Assembly (NCBI GenBank): GCA_950097015.1
Contig: CATNEN010000001.1
Coordinates: forward strand, 13,516,001-13,580,000
Direction: 5' to 3'
Source of the DNA: Macrostomum hystrix
Lineage: Eukaryota > Animalia > Platyhelminthes
DNA: 64,000 bases
Position 1 is the first letter of the stretch. Each line of letters starts with the position of its first letter. Positions 1 through 12,224 of this stretch are shown piece by piece. The translations under genes were made by a program, and so were the position numbers. Below the pieces are notes generated by a model that saw only the letters and a list, made by a program, of their open reading frames with translations, was not told where the DNA came from and ran no database searches.

Positions 1-201
1 GAATTTTTTTCTCAGCGACAGAATTAAATTTATCGCTAGTCGAGCTTGAAACACAATAATGCGCGAATATTCATTTCTATTCATTGCTAATCAACCGAGC
101 AACGGTTATTGAACTGCCAGAGAGATCACATGCAACTCCTGGCATCAAAGTCCATTGTTACTGCGTATTATATTTTTACTGCTTATTATTGCTGCACGAG
201 G

Positions 202-890
202 ACTCTCTGACCTCCCCTCTCACCCTCTCCCTTCTCCCCTCTCCCTACTCCCCTCTCCCTTCTTCCCTCTCCCTTCTCCCTCTCCCTTCTCCCCTCTCCC
301 TTCTTCCCTCTCCCCTCTCACCTCTCGCTTCTCCCCTCTCCCTTCTTCCCTATCCCTTCTCCCCTCTCCCTTCTCCCTTCTCCCTTCTTCCCTCTTCCCT
401 CTCACCCTCTCCCATCTCCCCTCTCCCTTCTCCCCTCTCACTTCTCCCCTCTCCCTTCTCCCCTCTCCCCTCTCCCCTCTCCCTTCTCCCTTCTACCCTC
501 TCCCCTCTCCCTTCTCCCCTCTCCCTTCTCTCCTCTCCCTTCTCACCCTCTCCCATCTCCCCTCTCCCTTCTCCCCTCTCCCTTCTTCCCTCTCCCTTCT
601 CCCCTCTCCCTTCTCCCTTCTCCCCTCTCCACTCTCACCGTCTCCCATCTCCCCTCTCCGTTCTCCCCTCTCCCTTCTCCCCTCTCCCTTCACCCCTCTC
701 CCTTCTCCCCTCTCCCTTCTCCCCTCTCCCTTCTCCCCTCTCCCCTCTCCCCTCTCCCTTCTCCCCTCTCCTTTCTCCCCTCTCCCTTCTCCCCTCTCCC
801 TTCTCCCCTCTCGCTTCTCCCCTCTCCCTTCTCCCCTCTCCCTTCTTCCCTCTCCCCTCTCCCCTCTCCCCTCTCCCTTCTCTCCCCTCT
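202..890. repeat. CT-rich low-complexity tandem repeat (ctcccct/ctccctt units)
   Basis: Almost pure C/T run of ~7-bp units; the overlapping Pro/Ser/Leu and Arg/Gly/Glu ORFs are artefacts of it. Confidence 0.95.
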
Positions 891-966
891 CTTGACTCTC
901 CGTAGCTATTGTCTTATCACTACGAGGCATTCTCCTATCACTCTGACGCTCTTGCCACTCGAAAGG

Positions 967-1640
967 TATTCTCTTGTCACTCAGAGGCTACTCTCTTGTC
1001 ACTCAGAGGCTATTCTCTTGTCACTCAGAGGCTATTCTCTTGTCACTCAGGGGCTATTCTCTTGTCACTCAGAGGCTATTCTCTTGTCACTCAGAGGCTA
1101 TTCTCTTGTCACTCAGAGGCTATTCTCTTGTCACTCAGAGGCTATTCTTTTGTCACTCAGAGGCTATTCTCTTGTCACTCAGAGGCTATTCTCTTGTCAC
1201 TCAGAGGCTATTCTCTTGTCACTCAGAGGCTACTCTCTTGTCACTCAGAGGCTATTCTCTTGTCACTCAGAGGCTACTCTCTTGTCACTCAGAGGCTACT
1301 CTCTTGTCACTCAGAGGCTATTCTCTTGTCACTCAGAGGCTATTCTCTTGTCACTCAGAGGCTATTCTCTTGTCACTCAGAGGCTACTCTCTTGTCACTC
1401 AGAGGCTATTCTCTTGTCACTCAGAGGCTACTCTCTTGTCACTCAGAGGCTACTCTCTTGTCACTCAGAGGCTACTCTCTTGTCACTCAGAGGCTACTCT
1501 CTTGTCACTCAGAGGCTATTCTCTTGTCACTCAGAGGCTATTCTCTTGTCACTCAGAGGCTATTCTCTTGTCACTCAGAGGCTACTCTCTTGTCACTCAG
1601 AGGCTATTCTCTTGTCACTCAGAGGCTACTCTCTTGTCAC
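967..1640. repeat. 22-bp minisatellite (attctcttgtcactcagaggct)
   Basis: About 30 near-identical head-to-tail units ending just beyond the SLC23 stop codon. Confidence 0.95.
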
Positions 1641-1645
1641 GCCAG

Positions 1646-4600
1646 TCAGGCCAGTTCGCCATCAATTCCTCGATAATCCGGCAGAAACGGCAGCAGACGC
1701 AGTCGAGGCCAACGACCCAGCAGCCTCTGGCCGAAGGGCAAGTCATAGTAGGCCAGGTCCCTGCGGCGACATGCCGCCGACTGACTCGATGAAGCAGAGC
1801 CGGCCAGACCACGATCCGATGGAGTCCCTGTGGAAGGTGGGAATTATCATGTACCTGCCTTTCTTATGTATCTTAATCCCCTGCCTGAACACCTTTGTTT
1901 TAATCCCCTGCCTGACCCCCTGTGTCTTAATCCCCTGCCTGACCCCCTGTGTCTTAATCCCCTGCCTGACCCCCTGTGTCTTAATCCCCTGCCTGACCCC
2001 TGTGTCTCAATCTGCTGCCTGACCCCCTGCGTCTTGATTCCCTGCCTGACCCCCCCCCTGTGTCTTAATCTGCTGCCTGACCCCCTGTGTCTTAATCCCC
2101 TGCCTGACCCCTTGTGTCTTAATCCCCTGCCTGACCCCCTGTGTCTTAATCCCCTACCTGTGTCTTGAAGCAATCGATTAGAAACCTTACCTTTAAGAAA
2201 ATTATCTAGCACAAATGCGGAGAGTCCAGTAACGAAAATTTCGTTTTTTAACAGCGTGAACACAGTCTCAAGTATGATGCGGACGGCTGAAGTATGAGAT
2301 TTTAGATAAAAATTACATCAATATTTGTTTAACACTACTGTGAGTAGCTCAATTGAATATAAACTTTATAAATGTAGCTAAATTGCAAAACTGCTACGAC
2401 GCGTAGAGAAATTCTCGTGCCACTGACTTTCTCATCCCCAAATGAATGTGGTCTCGCCGATGCGTTAGAGCTTCGCCAATCATCCCCAAATCATGAAGCT
2501 CACCTCCCTCCTTCCCAACCAGGATCTCATTGGCCGCGGATAAACCATCGATTGAGCCTGGCGACCTCAGCCAATGGGGCACAGCCAGGCCAATAATGAT
2601 TGAGTAGCCTACAATGAACACGTTCCGCTGGTCGTTCATGTTGGCGAACTGCAGGTTGGACAGGCCGACACCGATCACCATGCCGAACATCGCTAGAAAC
2701 AGACCGCCGATCACTGGCTCCGGCAGCGAGACGAACACAGCGCCAGACTTTGGACTGATGCCGAATATGAGCATGAAGGCGGCTGAGAACATTATGACGC
2801 GGCGGCAGCCGACTCGGGTGATGCCGATGGCGCCGATGTTCTCGCTGTAGGAGGTGGTGCCGGTGGGCAGTCCAAATAGGCCGGCTAGGATGCAGGCCAG
2901 GCCCTCCATGATGACGCCTGGGCGGTGGTGGAAAATGTTGAGTTTTGATTTGGACGATTCCTAAAGTCGTCAGGACGATTCCTAAACTCGTCAGGACGTT
3001 TCCTTAATCTGTCAGAACGATTCCTAAACCTGTCAGGACGATTCCTAAACTCGTCAGGAAGATTTCTAAACCCGTCACGTCGATTTCTAAACACGTCAGG
3101 ACGATTCCTAAACCTGTCAGGACGATTCCTAAACCCGTCAGGACGATTCCTAAACCCGTCAGGTCGATTCCTAAACCCGTCAGGACGATTACTAAACCCG
3201 TCAGGTCGATTTCTAAACTCGCCAGGACGATTCCTAAACCTCTCAGGAGGATTACTAAACCCGTTTAGTTTTAGTTCGGTTCACCAACCTCTATTGATGG
3301 CGTGGGGCGGAGGTCTCGGCGCCCCTGACAGCTTTGCAGCGGCCACGTAGTCTCCGATGCTCTCTACCACGGACAGAATGACCGCGGCAACCATGCCCAG
3401 AATGCCAACTGCCAGAATTCTAGGCCTCCCAAACTGGCCCGGATACGGAATCCGAATCCAGGCTGCCTCGCTGAAGGCTTTCGAGCCAATGTCCGTGCGA
3501 GCGGCGTAGCTCCAGTCTCTCGGGTTGTCGGTCAATGCGCCCGAGGCTGTGAGGATGCCGCAGAGGGCCCACGTGAAACCAACTGATAGCAGCACCTGCG
3601 GTTTAATATCAACATTAATAATAATAATAATAATTGCAGGGGGATGTTGACAATGGCACATTATGTGGTGACACTAGGTCCAGTGTCACCGAAAGAAGTG
3701 CTGCTGCCCACCGCCCTTGCAACTAATATTGTTATCTACTTACCGGAAACGATTTAAACAGCGGAAATCGTTTTAGACGCAGACGTCTCTGTCGAACTGT
3801 CGGCAGCGGAACCGCCACCCAGTCCAGGATGTAGCTGAACAGAATCACCAGTGCGCAGACTCTGGCAAGGGTCAATTGACAAGAGACCATTGTTCAGTGT
3901 TCGTAGTTTGTACAATTTTCAGACCTCCTATGCGTCATTCGGTATGTGCATTCAACCTGATTGGTCAGTACTGTGCAACCCCTTCACCTGCGCCTCATCG
4001 TGCTTTGCATAAACTCTGCTTCTGCTTTGCATTTGTTTAATCGTTTGTCTTTGATTGGCTAGCGGGCGGCTGAGTTGGGGTGGTGGGCGGTTTGCTTCGT
4101 CTGTGATTGGCTAGTGGGCAGCTGAGTTGGGGTGGTGAAGCGGTTTGCTTCGTCTGTGATTGGCTAGTGGGCGGCTGAGTTGGGGTGGTGAAGCGGTTTG
4201 TTTCGTCTGTGATTGGCTAGTGGGCGGCTGAGTTGGGGTGGTGGGCGGTTTGCTTCGTCTGTGATTGGCTAGACCAACCCAAGGACCTCAGACTGAACTG
4301 CTGTAGTCCCACATTGGTCCCAAATGCGCTAGTGTGTTATTTCTTTCTCTCTCTTCTTCCTAATCTACTAATAGTCTCCTAGAGACAGCAGCAGCAGCAG
4401 TAAATCGCGACTCACAGCAATGCTATGTACCAGTTCTTACTGGCTGCAGCGGCGGCAACGGGCACCAGTGACAAGCCAATCAGGCAGATGGTTGGCGCAA
4501 TCACCAATGGCCCGATGTGGCGGACCATAACAGACGTGAGTCCAGTGGCACCCATGAGCACCTGGAACACCGACGAGACAGCCAATGTGCCGCTGATGAA

Positions 4601-7421
4601 TGAAATTCGCTCCATCCACACCTCTGACTGTCCGGCTGTCGAATTGCTTGTCTGAAGTCTGTCAGCGTTACTGATGTTTTCTGGCAGGCTTGTCAGCGGA
4701 GGACAGCTGGGCAGGGTGTCGGATGACAGAATTGCGAATACGGGTATCAGGAATGTGAACGAGGCACCCTGAATGATTGGCAGTCGGGTGCCCAGAAGAG
4801 TCTGGAGCAATGTGGCCAGGCCCATGACAAAGAAGGTTGAGGAGATCACAGCCGACCGATCGCTCAGGTTAGTGATGCAGAGCGAGTTGAAGAGCAGAGT
4901 TGGCAGGATGGCTGTGCCAGACATCATTGTGATGAAGTGCTGCAGGCCAAGCAGAGTGCACTGGCTGAAAGGCGGCGCATCCAGGATGGAGTACAGCAGG
5001 TTCTTCTTCACAATGTCTGCTTCACACTCTTCAGGGTTTGTGGCCGGCATGTCTTTCAGCTCCGTGGCAATATTGGACACCTCCTCCTGCAAAGGCATAG
5101 GATAGAGTAGGATAGGATAGGATAGGATGGGATAGGATAGGATAGGATAGGATAGGATAGGATAGGATAGGATAGGATAGGATGGGATAGGATAGGATAG
5201 GATAGGATAGGATAGGATAGGATAGGATAGGATAGGATGGGATAGGATAGGATGGGATAGGATAGGATTGGATGGGATAGGATAGGATAGGATAGGATAG
5301 GATAGGATAGGATAGGATAGGATGGGATAGGATAGGATGGGATAGGATAGGATAGGATAGGATGGGATAGGATAGGATAGGATAGGATAGGATAGGATAG
5401 GATAGGATAGGATAGGATGGGATAGGATAGGATAGGATAGGATAGGATAGGATAGGATAGGATAGGATAGGATAGGATAGGATAGGATAGGATGGGATAG
5501 GATAGGATTGGGAAGGATAGAAAAGGACGGATGCCAGGTATGGGACAGTAGATGATAATGAATGTCAGGTACGGGATAATAGATGATAATGAATGTCACG
5601 TATGGGATAATAGATGATGATGAATGTCAGGTATGGGATAATAGATGATGTGAATGTCAGGTATGGGATATTAGACGATGATGAATGTCACGTATGGGAT
5701 AATAGATGATGTGAATGTCAGGTATGGGATAGTAGATGATGTGAAGTTCAGGTATGGGATAGTAGATGAGGATGAATGTCAGGTATGGGATAATAGATGA
5801 TGTGAATGTCAGGTATGGGATAGTAGATGATGTGAATGTCAGGTATGGGATAGTAGATGAGGATGAATGTCAGGTATGGGATAATAGATTATGTGAATGT
5901 CAGGTATGGGATAATAGATGAGGATGAATGTCAGGTATGGGATAGTAGATGATGATGAATGTCACGTATGGGATAATAGATGATGTGAATTTCAGGTATG
6001 GGATAATAGATGATGTGAATGTCACGTATGGGATAATAGATTATGTGAATGTCAGGTATGGGATAGTAGACGATGACGAATGTCACGTATGGGATAATAG
6101 ATGATGTGAATTTCAGGTATGGGATAATAGATGATGTGAATGTCACGTATGGGATAATAGATTATGTGAATGTCAGGTATGGGATAGTAGATGATGATGA
6201 ATGTCAGGTATGGGATAATAGATGAGGATGAATGTCAGGTATGGGATAGTAGATGATGATGAATGTCACGTATGGGATAATAGATGATGTGAATTTCAGG
6301 TATGGGATAATAGATGATGTGAATGTCACGTATGGGATAATAGATTATGTGAATGTCAGGTATGGGATAGTAGATGATGATGAGTGTCAGGTATGGGATA
6401 ATAGATAATGATGAATGTCAGGTATGGGATAATAGATTATGTGAATGTCAGGTATGGGATAATAGATTATGTGAATGTCAGGTATGGGATAATAGATGAG
6501 GATGAATGTCAGGTATGGGATAATAGATGAGGATGAATGTCAGGTATGGGATAATAGATTATGTGAATGTCAGGTATGGGATAATAGATGATGTGAATGT
6601 CACGTATGGGATAATAGATTATGTGAATGTCAGGTATGGGATAGTAGATGATGATGAATGTCAGGTATGGGATAATAGATGAGGATGAATGTCAGGTATG
6701 GGATAGTAGATGATGATGAATGTCACGTATGGGATAATAGATTATGTGAATGTCAGGTATGGGATAATAGATGAGGATGAATGTCACGTATGGGATAGTA
6801 GATGATGATGAATGTCACGTATGGGATAATAGATTATGTGAATGTCAGGTATGGGATAGTAGATGATGATGAATGTCAGGTATGGGATAATAGATAATGA
6901 TGAATGTCAGGTATGGGATAATAGATTATGTGAATGTCAGGTATGGGATAATAGATTATGTGAATGTCAGGTATGGGATAATAGATGAGGATGAATGTCA
7001 GGTATGGGATAATAGATGAGGATGAATGTCAGGTATGGGATAATAGATGAGGATGAATGTCAGGTATGGGATAATAGATTATGTGAATGTCAGGTATGGG
7101 ATAATAGATGAGGATGAATGTCAGGTATGGGATAGTAGATGATGATGAATGTCACGTATGGGATAATAGATTATGTGAATGTCAGGTATGGGATAATAGA
7201 TGATGTGAATGTCAGGTATGGGATAGTAGATGATGATGAATGTCAGGTATGGGATAATAGATGATGTGAATGTCAGTTATGGGATAATAGATGATGTGAA
7301 TGTCAGGTAAGGGATAGAATATTATATCTGTAGGGATCAGTTCATTAGGATTTTATTATGCAGAGTAAGTACATTACTTGGGACTTACAATTTGCTGAGT
7401 CGGACTAAGTTGGTTTTTCAT
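1646..7421 (-). CDS. SLC23-family nucleobase/ascorbate transporter (NAT/NCS2), 7 exons: 7421-7389, 5086-4416, 3861-3744, 3595-3289, 2917-2504, 2286-2191, 1827-1646
   Basis: Family motifs LGLQH, GTRLPIIQGASF, PYPGQFG, ESIGDY, NAT signature SYSENIGAIGITRVG, AFVLDN-GT..RGL and C-terminal YDLPFG. The GT-AG junctions join in frame; the short first exon is the least certain. Confidence 0.9.
1870..2160. repeat. 27-bp intronic minisatellite (tgtgtcttaatcccctgcctgaccccc)
   Basis: About 10 tandem units in the last SLC23 intron. Confidence 0.9.
2950..3265. repeat. 21-bp intronic minisatellite (tcaggacgattcctaaacccg)
   Basis: Degenerate tandem units fill the intron. Confidence 0.9.
4050..4272. repeat. 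~49-50-bp intronic tandem repeat
   Basis: About 4.5 copies of gattggctagtgggcggctgagttggggtggtg..gcggtttgcttcgtctgt. Confidence 0.85.
5098..5510. repeat. (GATAG)n pentanucleotide microsatellite
   Basis: Long GATAG/GATGG run next to the acceptor site of SLC23 exon 2. Confidence 0.95.
5530..7315. repeat. 30-31-bp minisatellite (gaatgtcaggtatgggataatagatgatgt)
   Basis: About 1.8 kb of tandem units in SLC23 intron 1. Confidence 0.95.
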
Positions 7422-7824
7422 GGTCAAGCTGGTCAAGTCTCTCGATAATTTCTTTTATCTATAAAATATATGATTCTACCTTAGAATAAATCGAATGGTT
7501 GGAAGATGAATTAGTTTTACACTGCGTGAAACACCCACTAACTAAAACCGGTATCATTTATATAAGCCAGAAATTTTCGTTCGCGGACTACATTAATCTT
7601 CCGCACTAATCTATTTTCAATTGTGCGAAGCCAGTTTCTCGGCAAATTTATCGTCATGAAAATAGAGAGATTTAGTCTAATTTACTCAAATCTGGACTAT
7701 ATTTAGTCCAGTTGGACTATTATAATAGCACAACTTGTCAAGCAGCAACAATCGAGGAGTCCTTGTGTCACGAAATAGTATCATTTAATTGGGGTATTTT
7801 GAGACTATTGAGCTATGAGGTTAA

Positions 7825-8016
7825 TATGGGATAATAAGATTATGGGATTATGGGATTATGGGATCATGGGATCTTGGTATTATTGAACTATGGGATTATG
7901 GGATTATTGGTTTATAGTATCATGGGATTATAGGATTATGGGATTATGGGATTGTGGGACTATGGGATCATGGGATCATGGGATTATAGGACTATGGGAT
8001 TATGGGATTATGGGAT
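7825..8016. repeat. (tatgggat)n 8-bp degenerate repeat
   Basis: Visible tandem 8-mers. Confidence 0.8.
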
Positions 8017-9924
8017 TAATCATATGGCACATTTTGAACACCTGTCCATACTGCTCTCGGTGGTGATCGGGTAGAAAGGCAACTTCACAGGCAGTAGATG
8101 CGAGCAAATGTTCCTCGCAAAAGGCGGGTCATAGATTTCTACGAGTACCTCTTTGGCTGACGATTCGCAATTTCGACTTTGAGTCGAGTTGGTCAGAACT
8201 CTTCCTGTGTCACTTACCTGCAGAATTATATTTGTTAATTTATTTGTCAAGAAATACCAAGCTATTGCCTAACTTCACGACAGCTCCCAAACCGAATGAC
8301 CGATTTTCACGAAAGTCCACAATACAGAAGATGCGGAAACAAGTGGGTATTTGAAACACGGTATAAAAGCAACCATGCCTGCCACAGAGATTTCATTTTT
8401 TAGAAGCGACCTAAGTGTTTCGGTTAGCTGAAAGAAATTTTTTATAAACTCTGGCTAAATATCAGCTTTAAATGCCGTAGCTAAAATCCCATTCCTGCAT
8501 ATCCCCTAATTTAAATCCTATACCAAAATATCCCTAAATTGAAATCCTATATCTGAATATTCCAAAACTGAAATCACATACCTAAATATCCCTGAAGTGA
8601 TCCATGCCACTTCAGGTTCTTAAAAATCTTCAAACGATTTCTTGGAAAAAATTGTTTCTTAGAAATCAATAAACGATTTCTTAGAAACCAATAAACGATT
8701 TCTTAGAAACCAATAAACGATTTCTTAGAAATCGACAAATGGTTGTTCATAAAATCAAGAAGAAGGTTCTTAGACATTGAAAAAGATTCTTAGAAACCAA
8801 CAAACGATTTCTCAGAAATGGACAAATGATTTTTCATGTCAGCACTTTTTTCTGTTGTACCAAAGAAGGATTCATTCAATTTTTTGCCTTCGGCTTTCTT
8901 GAAAAGAAGAATGATTTTTATTAATGGCAGTTTAGTAACTCATTGTAGTAAAATCGAAAAAAATCCGGACAAGATAGTCTAGAACGAGTTCGCGTCATCG
9001 CTATCAACGGCGTGAGGTGGCGTTTTCGGTGGCGGTACGAGCCGCGAAGCTCCAGGATGTCGGATCGTCGAACAAGGCTCCCGATGCCGTTAGGATGCGA
9101 ATTATTCATTTAAAAATTAGAGAACAGATGAATAAAAAGGGAAAAATCATGGGAAGTGTCATCATGCAATTCAACAAAGTTAGGCCCGTATAAAAAATTT
9201 AAAATCTAAAAACCCAAGATTTCTTGGAAATAAACTATTTCTTGGAAAAAGTACTATACTTGGAAATTTACTTTTTCTTGGAAATTTGTATGTGCGCAAC
9301 TTTTAGACAGATCTGTTTTACAGGACACGTGCTTTTGAAGCTTTGTAAGAAAGTTTGCATCATTGAGTTGTTAGAATAGATTTCATATCTCAATATAGGG
9401 CTTGCATTTCTTGCGTTACAGCCTAAAACTTTTGATTTATGGTCTGATTTAAAACGCACTGGAAACGACTTAAACAGTGGCAGGTGCACGAATTGCAGTC
9501 GACAAGCCTTAATAGTTGGCGCTGGCACCTTGACAAAGTGGAGCAGACGACACTAGAATAGCAATCTATTAAAAACAGGTCTGTCTCATTTAGTGCAAGA
9601 CATGTGCACTAAACTAAAGTGCACAAACCTAAAGCTTGTTTAGCTGTTATTCACTCAGCCGTCCTAATTTAGAAAATTATAAATTATATATTTACGTTAT
9701 AAAAGTTTGGTTTGTGAAGGCACAGGTGCAGGTCCTGCTTGTCAGTTCAAGAGTTTATCTTACTCACAGATCAAGTTAAATCAAGTCTCTCTCTGATGAA
9801 ACATTTAATTGTGTCAGACATTTGTCAGAAAAAGACAGGGAAATTGGTTAATAGACTTTTTAACATTTTAAGTAAAAAGCCAATTAAAAATAGTGTGCAA
9901 CAAGTATTTACGGTTTCATATATA

Positions 9925-10548
9925 TACTCAGCAACAGCTCTAAAACCCCCCAACTCACGCTGTCACACGGCCCAAAAGTTTTGTATGCCATCGGTGACTC
10001 AGAAATGTGTAAATTGGCTGCCGCCGCCAGACGCGAGCGCAAAGTGCGGCATGGGGGATTTGGGGAGGGGGTGGCGCAACTCAACCCACTGGTGGCTGCA
10101 TTGCGCAATGGTAAACCATCACTAGTTAAAGAGTAGGGTGCAAGAGGGTGCACGCAGAACTGCATGCTTCAAGACGACAACGCTGCGCCACATCGAGCAG
10201 CACACGTGCAGCTGCTGAAGGAGCAGCTCGGCATTCGCACATTGAACCGGCCGTCAAAGTCTCCAGACATGAACCCCATCGAGCATGTCTGGGACTTTGT
10301 AAAGCGAAGAGTTCAGCAGGATGCCCCACAGAATGCTGAACAGTTGCGACTGGCGGTGCTGAATGCCTGGCAGCAGCTGCCCCAAGAGTTCATCAACCGG
10401 CTGGTGATCAGGATGCCACGCCGAGTCACGGCACTTTTGCATGCTCGTGGTTCCTACACACGATACTGAGACTAGAATTAAAGACATTGCTTAACTTTTG
10501 TGCCCGTGTGACAGCGTGAGTTGGGGGGGGTTTATCTGTTGCTGAGTA
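9925..10548 (+). mobile_element. Internally deleted Tc1/mariner DNA transposon (624 bp)
   Basis: Imperfect ~55-bp TIRs (tactcagcaacag...cccccaactcacgctgtcacacgg / ccgtgtgacagcgtgagttgggg...ctgttgctgagta), TA on both flanks (9923-9924, 10549-10550), and a transposase C-terminal fragment inside. Confidence 0.9.
10164..10469 (+). pseudogene. C-terminal fragment of a Tc1-like DDE transposase
   Basis: LQDDNAAPH...SPDMNPIEHVW...MPRRVTALLHARGSYTRY; the N-terminal HTH region and first catalytic Asp are missing. Confidence 0.88.
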
Positions 10549-10640
10549 TATTGTCCAGACTATATCAGATTTCAGATGAACTTTTCACACCTGGTCCGTC
10601 CTTGCCAAGCTAGTTAGCTTGACACCAACCCTCCTCCCCA

Positions 10641-10920
10641 GGCGGTCGGTGGCAGAGCGGTTAACGCGTTTGCCTCTCGCACCAAGGTCCCTAAGTTTGA
10701 TTCCACGGCGAGGCATGCACATTTATTTGGGGCGCAGCCGCCGAGAGAAGGCTTGGGAGCTTGTCGTGCAATTTACGCCCCAAAGCCAGCCACCCCGACA
10801 ACCAACCCCGGGGCCGCAGAGAACAAACCAATCAGAGAGCACCGGCCCCAACGGCCTATCAGGAGAGAGTACACCAAGCGAAACTGACACCGAACGGAGG
10901 GGTAGATCAGCTCACAATTT
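10641..10920 (+). mobile_element. tRNA-derived SINE (3' end approximate)
   Basis: A box TGGCAGAGCGG and B-box-like GTTTGATTCC, then a body shared with the copies at 33216 and 33832. Confidence 0.7.
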
Positions 10921-11209
10921 GATAAACATTTCTCACATATTTTCATTTCCTCTGTCATCACCGGCCAAGAATTCAGCTGAAGCAATTGCGTCCGCCAGAT
11001 CGTGAACTACAGTCATGCTGGCAAAATGGCTTTCACTCGTCTTAATTTGCAAGCAATTCAACCCGATCCAAGCATTTGACTTGTTTAACTGCGTCTGATT
11101 GGGTTCTGCTTTAATTACCCTGGTTAGAGTTCACGAAATAATGTATCAAAAAGGACTGCCGTGACAGTGGAATCCTAAAGATTGCCTCCGCTTGCCTCCG
11201 CTCCGCTTG

Positions 11210-11801
11210 TTGTCTCATCTGCCTCGGCGTCATGCACGGACATTCTGTCGGCCATCTCGTTTGAGCCAGCAGTCGCAGTCACTGCTGGAGGCTCGTCCTC
11301 GACTATCACTAGCCGACCTTCTGGTGGGCTGAGCGAGCCGCGGTCTTGGGCGCTGGTTGCCGGTTCTGAGGTCTGGCTGGCCGGCATCGGAGTCGACATC
11401 AGCGCTGTCGCGACCTTCGGCTGCAGCTTGCGACTGCAGTCATCGGTGCGGCCGTATCGGTGCTCGAGCAAGGGGCGTCCGTCGTGTTTTTTTGCAGTGG
11501 TGGCGCGATTCGCAGCCAAATGGTGTGATTTCTCACTAGTGCGAACTGGGTGAGCAAAATAAACAAAGGGGGCAGGTGGCACACAAAGTGCGCACTCAAT
11601 GGAGGGGGTGGGGTGACTGCTAGACTAAAACAACAAGGACATGGGGAGAGAGAAACTGCAAAAATAAAACTAAAACAGGTGAGAATGTACAAAGGACACT
11701 ATCGGGAGCTTACTGGTGTACTTTAAAAGTACCCCCTTCAAGGAACGGGGTTGCACAAATCAAGGAACACTCAATGAATGTACCTCTCCACGGAAATCTT
11801 T
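11210..11801 (-). mobile_element. Unit C: degraded 5' remnant of the U5-associated LINE (U5 3' half, 5' UTR, start of ORF1)
   Basis: Colinear with the 5' ends of units A and B but more diverged; the ORF1 ATG has become TTG; homology is lost near 11210. Confidence 0.85.
11730..11801 (-). ncRNA. 3' half (72 nt) of U5 snRNA heading unit C
   Basis: AAAGATTTCCGTGGAGAGG...TGAGT, Sm-like ATTTGTG and 3' hairpin; two substitutions relative to the full U5, both at unpaired hairpin positions. Confidence 0.85.
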
Positions 11802-12224
11802 GTTGTTAAAACGAATTCCCCAAAGGACTGGGGCGCGGATCAGTTTCGAAAAACTCTACCGCTGAATTTTAAGATATATTTAACCGAATTTATTAAAAAT
11901 TTACAAGCGATTCGATTTAGATTATTTTATACGGATATCAAACATAGAAATTAGTAAATAATTAGTAAATAAGTAAATAAATGGATAATAAATATTTTAA
12001 TAAAAAAATAAATATAAAAGCTTGCAGTTTGTGAGCAAAGAGCAAAAGTGACAATACAGCCATTGGTACTCATAGGCAATAAAAGACATTAAGTCAGTAG
12101 GATAAGAGCGTAAAAAATGGAATGACAGAGCAGCTGAGCACTGCTCACCAGCCCACTAAAGCCCAGGCAGCTATTTAAATTTTATTTTGGTTTTTCTTTC
12201 AGGGCCATAGTTGTCAGAGACTGC

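Noticed and set aside
84-2022. Long ORFs over the CT-rich and 22-bp repeats
   Set aside because: The translations simply reflect repeat periodicity in several frames; no domain content.
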